Shown here: positions 40,301-52,300 of the stretch, one piece after another
Numbering within the stretch: position 1 is the first letter of the stretch
How the letters are laid out: each line of letters begins with the position of its first letter
Assembly (NCBI GenBank): GCA_964446485.1
Contig: CAYUOU010000007.1
Span: forward strand, 7,826 to 71,825
DNA length: 64,000 nt
Direction: 5' to 3'
Source: an uncultured Desulfobacterales bacterium
GTDB taxonomy: Bacteria > Desulfobacterota > Desulfobacteria > Desulfobacterales > JBDRRP01
Notes under the pieces: generated by a model
The model's input: the letters and a program-made list of their open reading frames with translations, nothing else
The model's database searches: none
Told to the model about the DNA's origin: nothing
Made by a program: the position numbers and the translations under genes

Positions 40301-43300
40301 CACGTTCCCGGTGTCGCCGGCCGTGTCGTCGGCATTGGCCGTTACGGTAACGCCACCGGTGCCGGTGGCCGTGACGTCGCCATTATCAGTGAAGGTGACG
40401 CTGTCGTCGGCGGTAATGGCCACGCCGCCCGTGGTGCCGGTGACGATGGTCTGCTCGACAACCACGTCGGCATTGATCCCGCCGGCAATAATGGTGATGT
40501 CACCGTCAGCCGTGGTCACGCCGGTGCCGGCCGCAGCCACGGTGATGGTACCACCCAGGCTCTCAAGGCGAATGGTGCCTGTGGCCGCATCGCTGTCGTC
40601 AACGGTGTCGTTGGTGAGCCCGAGGACCGAAATGTTATCGGCTTCGGTGATGTCGATGTTGCCGGACCCGGTCAAATGGACGGTCAGGGTGTCCACGTTG
40701 ACATTGAGCGTAATGTCAGTAATGGCCGTAAAGTTCAGATCCTCGACGGTGATGGTGCCGCCGGTCTGGGTAATAGAACCGGTGGTGGCGTTGAAGGTAA
40801 TGGTCTCGGAGCCGGTGAGGTTGTCGGTAACGGTAATCACATTGCCGTTCACCACCAACGGGTCGAGGAAGGTGCTGGAGCCGAACACGATGGCCGCGCT
40901 GTCGGTCCAACCCAAGTGAATGGCCTGGAAACCGTCGGAAAGGGCGGCAATGTCGTTGTCGTCGATGTCGAGATCGCCGGCAACAACCAACGGTGAGCCG
41001 ATATCCATGGTTCCGGTGCTATACCTCGGCAGCATCGTCAGCAGTCCGCCGCCCTGAACCGTGTCCGCGCCGCCCTCGAATTCGATGGCATCGGATACCA
41101 GCAGAATGTCGCCATTGCCGTTGATGATGGTGAGGCTACTGCGGAAGCGAATCCTCGTGTCGACTTCAAGATCGACCGTGGCAGCGAGAACTGACCCGTC
41201 GAATCGCGTGGTGCCCAGACCGGCATGCTGCACGAGGTCGCCCTCCACCCGGATCTGGCCCGCAGTGGCAAAGGTAACATCGTTCGCATCCACAATCACC
41301 AAATCGCCGGCTGCCGTCACCTCTTCGTCAGCAAGGATGAGACCGCTGGCGGCCGCCCGGCTCACCTGCAGGGCAATGGCAGCCATGGCAGTAGCGTTGT
41401 TGAAGGTAGCCGCACTGACGGTTCCGGTACCGTCGTTGTAGTCGTAGGAGTAACTACCGCCGCCGCCATCCACGAAAACGGTATCCCCGGCGGTGTCCAG
41501 CGTTGCCGTGAACGTCCCTTCCGCATTGATGGCGGTGATTACCTGGTCGGCTGTCGTAACGCCGTTAGCGATCTGCACGGTCAGTGTATTGGTGGAGCCA
41601 TCGTAAGCGGCCGTTTCACTCCCGGCGGCGACGCCGCCCACAAAGTCGACGGTCGCATCTGCATAGCCATCGCCTGCAATGTTGGCCACCAGCCGGAAGG
41701 CATTGTCGCCACCTGCCGGATCAATGGTTCCTGTAGCCGCATCTGTGGTGCCCTCCAGGGTACCGTTAAACTGGATCACGTTCTCGGTGTTGATGGACAT
41801 CTCACCGACGGTGACATCGTCCAGGAACGTGGTGTTTCCGGTGCCGGACTCCTGAATCAAAACGTCCACGTTAACCAGGCCCTTGAAAGTAACGTTGTTG
41901 GCAGACCGGATGATGAGTTTTTTCAGCGGCGCAGCAATACCGATATCGCCGTTTACGATGATGTTGCCGGTGCCGGCATCCAGGATCAGGACTTCGTCCC
42001 CACCGCCGGCCGTACCGTAAATATCACCGAACTCACTCTTGGCCGGATCCCCTTCGATGATGATATCCGCCCCGTCACCACTGCCGACGGTGCTCAGGGT
42101 TACGGTCCGGCCGTCGTTGATGTGGACGTTGTCCGTGTATTTAATAAGGACACTGTCGGTAATATTGTCGCTGCTGAGATGGACGGTGTTGCCGGCGCCG
42201 ATAAAATGGACTTCCACATCGTCCTTCTCATCGCTGTCGGTAAATGTCGTGATGATACCTTCGACAAAGATGCCGCCGCCAAGCAACGGCGATCGGAAGG
42301 TCACCGAGTCTGTGAAGGTGTACGTCTGGATGGTGATCACGTGCCAGCCGTTGGCACGGCCGATGGTAATGCCGTCGAGGTTGGCGCTTTCCACGGCCTC
42401 CTGGTTGTCGAAGCCGTTGATGAGGCGATCCAGTTCAGCAGAGCTTAAATTGAAATCTCCGGGCGCACCGTCGGCAATGCCGATGCTGCGGTCGACGGAG
42501 AGGGGCTGCAGCAGCAGGGTTCCCCTGGGATCGGCCGGATCGGATCCGCTCCAGGCAGTGATGTCGGCGGCCACGTCGATGCTGTCGGTGGTGATGACGA
42601 TGTCGCCGCCCAGCGTGCTGACGGTCTTGCTGATGGAGAATTCGCCGCTGAGGTTGGTGATCTCGATGTCGCCGCCTTCTGCGCTGATGCCGGTCAATGT
42701 CTCGTCGCCGGTGGTGACCGGCACCACCACCGTGGCGATATTGGCACCGTCGATCTCGGTGAGGTAAATGCCCGCGGCATTGGATGTCTTCACTGCCAGA
42801 TCGTCAGTCTGGATGAGTACGGGTCGCGCCGGGCCGCCAATGCCGTCGACGATCTCCAGCCTCAGGGCGCCCGCCTTCAGGATAATCTGCCGGCCCGCGC
42901 CGTCGGTGATCTCGCGGCTGAGTTGGTCGACGCTGAGCAGGCCGTCCGCCTCCAGCGAGATGAGTCCGGCGGTCACCGAAGCATCGATGGCAATCTGACC
43001 AGCATCGATCACCAGATTCTCGTCCAGGGTCACCGCTTCGCTGATGGTCACGACGCCCAGGGGCAGATCGACCTCGATGGACTCGATGCCGCTATGTGTG
43101 CCAGCAACATCATCCCAGGTGTAGCCCGACCCGTTCAGATCCAATTGACTGGTGACGTCGGAGGCCACGCGGAGGATATCCGAGCCATCGCCGCCCATAA
43201 AGCGCTCGATGACGTTGCCCGTGTGGGTGACAGTGCTGGCGCCGTCGGTGGTGGCATTGCCCAGGTGAGTCACGAGATCGGTCGACACATTGCTGAAATC

Positions 43301-46300
43301 CAGAGTGTCGCTGCCGCCGCCCGGCAGTTCGTTCACCGTGTCGTCGCCCCAGGCGTTACCGAAAACATACAGGTCGTTGCCGGCACCGCCGTTGAGGGCG
43401 TCACTGCCGGCACCGCCGGTGAGCGTATCGCTGCCGGCACCGCCGTGGAGTTCGTCATCGCCGGATCCACCGGTGATGGCGTCATTACCGGCGCCGCCCA
43501 ATGCAATGACCGGCAACATGACCGTCGGATCCACCAGCAGCACATCATTTCCGATACCGCCGTCAAAATAGATGGCGGTGATGCCGGCAAAGGTTTCGGT
43601 AATGCCGAATGCGGTAACCTCGACATCCCCGCCGCTCATGTTCACGGAGAAGGCTTCAGCCACGTCCACCCCGCCGCCGACATCCCGCCGGTGGGAAGCG
43701 AAATTGCCGGCGCTCAGGATCAGAGTGCCGGCCTTGAGGTCATAGGGTGTGCCGTCCTTGGCGGTAATGATCGCATCGGCCTGGAGCACCGTGCCAAGGG
43801 CCTTGGTCAACGCCGAATCAGGCCGCACCCCGTCCAGACTGAGGAAAGTGAGATTCTTCAGCGCGTCAATGGCTGCAGGGTTGGTCAGTGGATCGACCGG
43901 TGCCAGGTCCTTGATATGGTTGTAGTCAAGGCTCAGCCGCTCGAGGGCCGCCAGCAGCGTCGGCGTCACCAGCGCGTCGAGATTCGTCTCGCCCACGGTG
44001 GCCGCACTGTCGCCCGGGTGTCTAAGGACTCGGGTCGGAGCATCGGCCATCACGCCTGCCCCCAGGATGCCGTCCCGCTTGAAGACCGACGAATCGAAAG
44101 CGGTGGTCGGCGATGACGCGTCAAACTGCCAGTAGCTGATGAGATCCGCATCGTCTCCAATCAGCCACTTGTTGTTGCTGCTGTTTTTGTAAAAAGTGAT
44201 CTGCTCGGCGGTTCGCACAGACCGCCAGATGCGCAGCTCGTCAAGCTGCCCGCTGAGGGCCTGACTGGCCTGGTACCTGCCCAGGACCTCATCCTGATCC
44301 TGGCCGATCACCAATCCATCGATGCCGAGAGCTGACGGACCCAATTCGAGGGCGGCTCCAAGATAATCCGTTGTCTTTGCAGCACCGCCCACCAAAGTGC
44401 CGTCGATGTAAAGGCTGACAGCGTCGGTGCCGCTGCCGTTCCAGTCCTGAACGACGGCGTAATGATGCCAGACATTGTCGTTGATGGGAGCAAGTCCGGC
44501 CCACTGGACGATTCTTCCCAGGCTGTAGAGCCGTAGTGTAGTTGCGTTCAGGAAAAAGATCAGAAATTCGTTGTTGTCGCCTGCGCTGGCACCGCTCAAC
44601 ACCGCTTGCTGGCCAGCCTTTGTCGTCTTGAACCAGAATTCCACGGTCACGTCGGTTTGGTCGTTGAGGACCAGGGGATCCAGCACCACCAGCTGCTTGT
44701 CGTTGTTGCCGTCGAAGCTCAAGGCCCCCGCGCCGTTGAAATCGATACTGAGGTTTTTCAAATGCTTCATGCCGATGGGCGCCCCGGTGGCGGCATCGGT
44801 ACCCGGCTGCAATTGGATCAGGGTGTCCAGGCGGTTCCCGTTGAGGTTCAGCGTTTCGAGGTTGATGGCGAACTGGAGGCCGCTGAGGTCGGAAATCCCA
44901 AGATAGGCCAGATTGAGCGTGGATAGGGTGGCCAGAGCGCTGCCGTAGATGGGCGCCTGGGCCAGGGGTCGGCCGTCCACACCCACTGTCACCGGAATGT
45001 TCAGGGCCCTGGCAATGCCCGCCTGGAGATCACGATCCGGAATGGCAATCTCTGGATCGATGGGATCCGGCTGGTTGCGGGCGAACTCTTCGGCCGGTGG
45101 CGGCGTGAAGGTCTCATCGGCTTCGATGTCGCGAAGCTCGCTGGACTCGCTGATGAAGAAGTCCTCACCGCTCTCGCCGAACAGTTCGTCATGGTCCCCG
45201 TTACCGATAATGACATCGTCGCCGTCGCCGCCGTGGATTTCGTCACGGTCTGACTCCGGCGTGTTCATGCCGGCCAGCGGTGCCTTTGCCGTAATGGCGA
45301 ATGGCAGGACGTCGATGCTTCCCGTGGTGGCCCAGAGGATCGCCGTGCCGCCACCGTCGTCACCCGAGTAGAAGAGCCTGTTGTTCGATGCGGTCAACGC
45401 CGTAGGAGTGTTGGACGCCAGGACTGCTGTATTGTCTGCGGTGCCGTCGCTGTACCACAGGGCACCGTTCAAGGAAAAGAAGAGCATGCGGCCCACCGCA
45501 GTCATGTCGTTGGGCATGGCATCCAGGGTCATGACCAGTTGCGTGATCTGCTGGAGCCCGTCGGCAAAACTTTTCCTAAGCTGCGGACCCGATTTTTCCG
45601 GGTTGTCATCGATGAAGAACAGCACGTCGCCCACGGCGGTCAACATCTTCGGCGTGCCGGCAATGGCTTTCACGGCCCGGGTGCCGACAGCGTCATGGAG
45701 CCACAGTTCGTCGCCGTTGACCGGGTGAACCACAGTGAAAAAGAGGCGGTCGCCCACGGCGGTGAGATTGGCCGCCGTGCCGGGCAGGTCTGTCACCAAC
45801 TGGATGCCGGTATCCGTTGTCCGCCACAGGACGTCGCGGCCACCGCTGGCGGTGGTGAAGTAGAGCGTCGTGCCGACCGGCGTCAGACCGTTGGGCGAGT
45901 TGCCCATATTCGCATCGAGAACGATGGTGTTGGCCGGATCGGCATCGCTTTGCCACAAGCTGTAACTGCCGGAGCCGTCGTTGACGGTGAAGGTGATGAT
46001 GCCGCGAGAAACGATAAAATCGTTGTTGCCGCCTTCAGGACGAACATCCGCCACGCTGTCCGTAGTCGCGGTCGGGGTGTGAATCACGCCGGTGCCGTTG
46101 TTGCCTCCGGCCTCGCCGCTGTGGAGAATGGCGGCGAATTGGAAGCTCGGATCGTCGGCAAGGGCCTTCTGGAAAGCATCGATGACCCGCAGCGCGGTGG
46201 TGGCGCCGTTCTGGATATTGATGGTGAGAATCCCCGCCGACCAGTTCGCGGTTGCGCTGCCGTCTGTGATGCTGCCGTCGTCGGTAAAGACAATGGTGGT

Positions 46301-49300
46301 TCCATTGAAGGCAGCGCCGGTCACCACGGCCTGGACCACCAGATTGTTGTTGGCGCCGGGGATGGACAAAATGGCCGCGGCCGGTGCCGAAGCGGTGCCG
46401 CCAGCGGTGGTCACAGGTGCCGTGTGGATCGTGCCGGAGCCATCGTTGCCGCCGAATTCGCCGAAATCCAGTTCCGCGGAAAAGCCGGGAGCGGCCAGGG
46501 CGTTGATTTCGGCAACCACGGCGGCGGCACTGGTCACGCCGTTGTCGATATTGATGGTCAGCACCTGAGTGGCAGGATCGTAGCTGACCACCGCCGCATC
46601 GCCGCTGACCGTACCGTCATCCACGAACCGGACGCTCATGCCGCTGTCGACGGAAAGGAGATTGGCATCCGTCTCGACAATGGCATTGCCCAGATCGGCC
46701 ACCAACACCGTCCCTGCGGCGGTGCTGTCACTGTGCCAGAGCTGCAGACGGTTCGTGGCGCTGTCCACCACCGTGAAGAAGATATTGGCATTCACCACGC
46801 CCAGCAGATCCGGCAGGATCTTGCCTGCCAAAACCTTGACGCGGGTTCCCTCGTCTCCGGCGCTCTTCCACAGTTCAAGCCCGCCGCCGCCGTCGTCGGT
46901 CACGTAATAGAGGTATCCACCAGTGGCCATGACGGTATCAGATTGAATGCCGGCCGCATCGATGTCGGTCACTGCGGCCCGCGTCGAGCCATCGCTCTTC
47001 CAGAGGTCATCGTCCACAGTGAAGTAAAGGGTCTCGCCCACGGCGGTCAGGGCCAGGGGATTGTTCGGCAGCGCTGCGCCGATGATGCCGGTGCCCATGG
47101 CATCGTTTTTCCACAGTTCGCTGCCGTTCACGATAAAGTAGAGACGGCTGCCGGCAGCGAACAGGTTCTGGGCATCGATGGCACCGCCCATTCCGTCGGT
47201 GACCTCGGAAGCCTGGATGCCGGTGGTGACCCACAGACTGCCGCCGGCGTTGAAGAACAATTGGTCGCCCACAGCGGTGAGAGACTGTGGATCTGCGAGG
47301 GACCGGTTGTCGGCATCCTTTACTTCCACGGTGGTGACGCCGTTGCTGCGCCACAGGACTCCCCCCGCCACGAAGAACAAGGTGCCGTTCACGTCGGTCA
47401 TCTCCGACGGTCCGGCGACATCTGCGCCGCCGTTGTCGCTGACGGGCGCGGTGCCGATCTCGAAATTGGGGTTGTAGACCCGCAGGAAGTAAGTCCCCGA
47501 GGCCAGCAGGCGCATGTCGATGATGGCCTGGCCTTCGGCCACAAGGGCGCCGTCCGCTGTGTAGACATCGGCCAGGACGCCGCTTCTTGCCGCCGTGGTC
47601 ACCAAGAGGCCGCTGCCCTGATTGTCGGGTCCGGCGCTTTGGAGCGTCACTGCTTCGGCGATGGTGAGAGATGGGACAGACAGTGCGGCCGCACCCGTGT
47701 GGATGACGGTAAGCACATTGCTGCTCCAGACCGCGACAAGGCCGGCGGCGGTAAAGGCCGGCGTCGTGTTCAGGATGGCAACCAGACTGCTGCTGTTGGT
47801 GGCGGCGCTCACGTCGATGGGCCCGACAACCGTGCCGTCCACGGCCAGGGAGAAGTTCCACAGAGCCCCGGCCTGGGCGTCGGTGACGCTGAAAGAAGCG
47901 GTGGCAAACGGCCCTGCGGTGATCACCGGCGTGTCGTCCACCTGCCTGCCGGCCGGGGTGACACGAAGGGTCATCCGCGTCCAGCCCTGGCTCAGGAGTG
48001 ATTGAACCACCGCCGTGAGATCCAGCGCCGTTTGGTTGGGGTCGGTAATGAACGTGTACAGAGCACTGGCGGTACCGTCCTCTACGGTGACCACACCGTC
48101 GCCTTCGGCAGCCAGGATCTCCACCCGCAGGGACGGAATGCTCTCGGCGCTGAATTTGGAAAGATCCCCGGTGACGCCGCTCTCGGATTTCCAAAGCCTT
48201 CCGCCGGCGGTAAAGAAGAGCCTGTCCGTAGCATCAGTGACCAAGTCGTCGCCGGGTGCCGCAACGAAATCACCGTTGAGATCCACCACCCGGACCGTGC
48301 CCGCCTCGGTGCCGTCGCTTTCCCAGAGGAAATCCCCTCGCGAGCTGCCCAGGACAAAGACCAGTGCACCGTCGACCTCTGTGAGAGATGATGGGGTCCC
48401 GGTGAGTTGTTTGATCTTTACCGTTGAAACTTCTGTTCCACTGCTCTTCCATAGATCCCCGTCACCGTCGGTAAAGTAGACATCCCCGCCCACAGCCGTC
48501 AGATTTGCTACAGGACCGGTGATGCCGGACGTCTTTACCGGTACTGTGCCGCCGCTGGTGCCATCGGTCTTCCACAGTTCGGTACCGTCGGCGAAGAAGT
48601 AAAGCGTGCCGTCCGCGCCGTTCACCGTCAGTTGGCTGGTTTCGCCGTTGAAGGATCTCAGCAGGGAAGATTCCCGCGTTGCCTCGACGATCCGCCACAA
48701 TTTCTCCAGCGTACCGTCGGAGCTGGAAAGGTAGAGGGCCTGGCTGCCTTCGGGGGTCAAGTTCTCCGGGTTGAAGATCATGATGACGGAGGTCACCGCG
48801 TTTCGGGTGGTGCCGTCGTATGACCACAGCACCACGCCGTTGCCGGCGTCGGCGGCAAAATAAAGGTCCCCGGCAGCGGATGGATACACCGTCAATCCGG
48901 TTGGTTCACTGTCGCCGCCGGTGTTGATGTCTTCCACCAGCGTGACACTGCTGCCGTCCCACTTCCAGAGCTCAACGCCCACATCGACGTGCTTCCCGGA
49001 GAAATAGAGGTCGCCGCCAAATTCAGCGAATCCAGTGGGGTTCATGACCTGGGAAACGGCATCCGCCAACGTGGTTTGATCATCGGTGCCGGTCTTGTAG
49101 AGTTTGAATTCCGTTCCCGCACTCGTGTCGGTGGCGCCGTAGAAGAGCTCACCGCCGAACACCGTGAAGTGCTGCGGGTTGAAGGCGTCAAGAGTGCTTG
49201 TGGCGTTGACCTGGACGGTGCCACCATCGGTCCCGTCGGTCTTCCAGAGCTCGACACCGTCGGTGCCGTTGTCAGCCGTGAAGTACAGTGCTCCGTTGAA

Positions 49301-52300
49301 GAGCGTTAGATTGGCCGGGTCGGCATTGCCGCTCGTGTTGATGTCCTTCACCCGGGTGACCAGGCCGAGAGTCGCTTGCGGTGCGGTGTCCACCGTGCCC
49401 GAGCCGTCGTTGCCAACCTCATGGGCTGCCTGGAAAAGTTGGTTGAAGTCTTCAGCGCGAGTGAGTTCCCATGGAGACCCATTTGGATCGTCATCACCGA
49501 CTTCGGTCACGACATAGATGCCGTTCTCAGACCCGGCGGTCTGGTTTTTCACCAGGACACGGTCGTCCACTTCAAGATCGACGCCACCAATTGAAACAGC
49601 CCCGTTGGCCGTCGCGGTGAGGCGTTTGTAAGTGGCGTTGTAGGTAGCGGCCAGGTTAGTATCCGAAGCGGCCTGCACGTCGTTCACTCTGAGGAGACCG
49701 CTTCCAGAGCCCGAGGCAAAGGCCAGGGCCGTGGTATCGACGGTGATGGGACCGGCGGTCGTGAGAATCCAATCACCGCTCTGAGTGCCACCCGCCACCG
49801 TCACCCAACTACCACTCTTCACCGGGAAGTTAACAGCGTCCAGGATGTCTTGTGCCGTTGATACGCCGGCCTCGATGCGGACGGTGAAGGTTCTGCTTGT
49901 CGAATTGTAATCGACGGTTTCGCTGCCTGCCGTGCCGCCGTCCACGTATTGGATGGTCACCCCGTTGTAAGTGGATCCCGGAATGACCGTGGTGAAGTTC
50001 AGGTCGTTGTCGTCGCCCGGTGACGTCAGCACGGTGGAGAATTGGACGTCAGTCCCATTCGCGGTCTGGACGGCCGTCGACATGGCGATCACACCGCCGG
50101 TGCCGACGTCGCCCAGCCCGGTTTCCTCGGTGCCGGTGAAGTAAACCCTGTCGAAGTCCAGATCGCGGGCGAGCACCCAATTCGTGCTGCCATCGCCGGT
50201 GTCGGTGACCACGTAAATGCCGTTATGGGTGGCGTCCGCTTGATCTTTCACCAATACACGGTCGCCGGCATTCATGGTGACCGTGTCGAGGATCAGCACA
50301 GCCTGGGGGCCGCTGTTGGTCAGGGTGCGGTTCGTGGCGTCATAGGTCGCCGTCAGCGCAGCCGTCGTGGCCGCCCTCACCGGATCCAGTTGGGTGGTGC
50401 CGGTGGCTTCGCTGAAGGCGATGGCATCCACACCAATATCGATGGTGTCCACCGTGTCGACACGGAAAGTTTTTCCGTCGTTGGCGCCAACGGGATCGAT
50501 CTGATCGCCGGTGACGGTCGTGTAGCTGTCACTCAGGATGCGATAATTCAGGGCGTCGATAACGGTCTGGGCAGTGGTAACGCCGTCTTCGATCTTGATG
50601 GTGAGGATGTTTGTCAGATCATCGTAGTAAACTTCGGCAGACCCGTTGGCCTGACTGCCGTCGTCGACGATGCGGATCTCATCTGTCTCGTTGATACTGG
50701 CACGGGCAGTTACTAAAATGTCATTGTTTGTTCCGGAGATACTGATGGCAGCATCTGCCTGGGTCGGATCGCTTCCGCCGCCGGTGGTGACGGTGGTGGC
50801 ACTGATGGTTCCAGCGTTACCCAACGTTATGGTGAACGCACTATCAAAAGCTGTATCGTCGATGATGGCCTGGCGTACTGTCGCAGCAGTGGTCGCGCCG
50901 CTTTCGAGGGTGACCGCCAGGATGGTGCCATCATAGGTTGCCGCCGCTGTCTGGTTTGTGATGGATCCGTCGTCGATGAAGATGATGGATCGGCCATTGT
51001 TGCCGGCGCCGGCGCTAATCGCTGTGAAGATCAATTGGGCGCTGCTGTTGTCAGTGTAGGTAGCTCCGGCGTTCGATGCATCCAGGCCGCCGTCCGCTGT
51101 ATCGCTTCCGGTGGTGACCGCTGTGCCCGGTGAACCGCCGGCATCAACAGAGAAGTCAGCCTTAAATGAGGCAATCCCCGTCGCACCTGGATCATATTCC
51201 GTAAACGTTTTGTCATCAGCAAGGCCTGGATCTCCTGTCGTCGACAGCGCCCAGGCCGTTTGCCCGTTGCTAGTGCCTGCAGTGATATAGGTAAATGCGC
51301 CGGTGGTGATCTCGGCGTCCTGGTTGAAATCAGATGTGCGTGTTAATTTCCAGTATGTGCCGCCGTCTCCAACGACTGTCACTTCGTAGATACCGTTGTG
51401 ACGGGAGATGGTCTGGTCTTTGACCAGCACGCGATCGGCGACGCTCAACGGCAAACCGTCGATGGAAATGGCGCCGAAAGATGAAGCTGTAAGCACGCCT
51501 GATGCATATGAAGCCGACAGGTTGTCCGTGGTGGACGCCCTGACCGGTGCGTGCAGGCTAAAGGGTTCATTGGCGGTGGTGAACTCAATGAACGTTTTTC
51601 CTTCGGCAAGGCCGACCGGGTTGTTGCTGGTGAGCGCCCAATGTTCATCACTGTTTGCCGTGCCCTGAGTCACATAAATCAAAGCACCTGAACTGATTTC
51701 AGCATCTTCATCAAATCCCGAATCCCTCGTGAGGACCCAGTTCGTGCTCCCATCGCCGACTGTCGTCACTGTATAGATACCGTTTTGGGCAGCGTCGGTC
51801 TGGTTCTTGACCAACACACGGTCACTCACGGAGAGTACAATATTATCTATCTGGATGGGGGCTTGGGTGTCGCTGTTGGTGAGCGTCGTGCCGCCACCGC
51901 CGTAAGTAGCAGTCAGAGAACCGGTAGTGGCAACGCGCACCGGGGCCAGAGGATTCAGACCGGTGGCCGATCCAATTGCCGAGGCGACAGAGGACCTTGT
52001 GGTATTGCCTGAATCGATGAGGACAGTGAGCACCCTGGAATAAGGATCGTAGGCCGCAAAGGCGCTGTTTGCATCGATGCTGGCATCGTCAATAAACCGA
52101 ATGTCAACGCCGTTCGCCGATGAGCCCGTGGCATTGGCTTCGAAATCAACACCGGAAACCGTGGCCGTTGATTCAACAGCTGTCACGCCACCGGTTGTGG
52201 TCACGGTTTGAGCATTGATGATTCCTGCGGTTGTAGCGCTCACCGTGTATGCATCATCAAAGGTGGTCTGGTTGTTTATGGCCGAGACCACGTTGGCCGC

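Noticed and set aside
29760-43000. Regular periodic repetition that could superficially suggest a CRISPR array or satellite.
   Set aside because: The repeats are ~250-420 nt, diverged, in frame and protein-coding. There are no short identical direct repeats with unique spacers anywhere in the window.
30878-48001. Very long plus-strand ORFs antisense to the giant gene (for example 30878-33247 at 789 aa, 34448-36589 at 713 aa, 39377-40996 at 539 aa, 45539-48001 at 820 aa).
   Set aside because: Their products are Gly/Arg/Ala/Asp-rich low-complexity strings with no motifs. They lie entirely opposite a strongly motif-bearing frame. They are shadow ORFs expected from high GC and repetitive codon usage.
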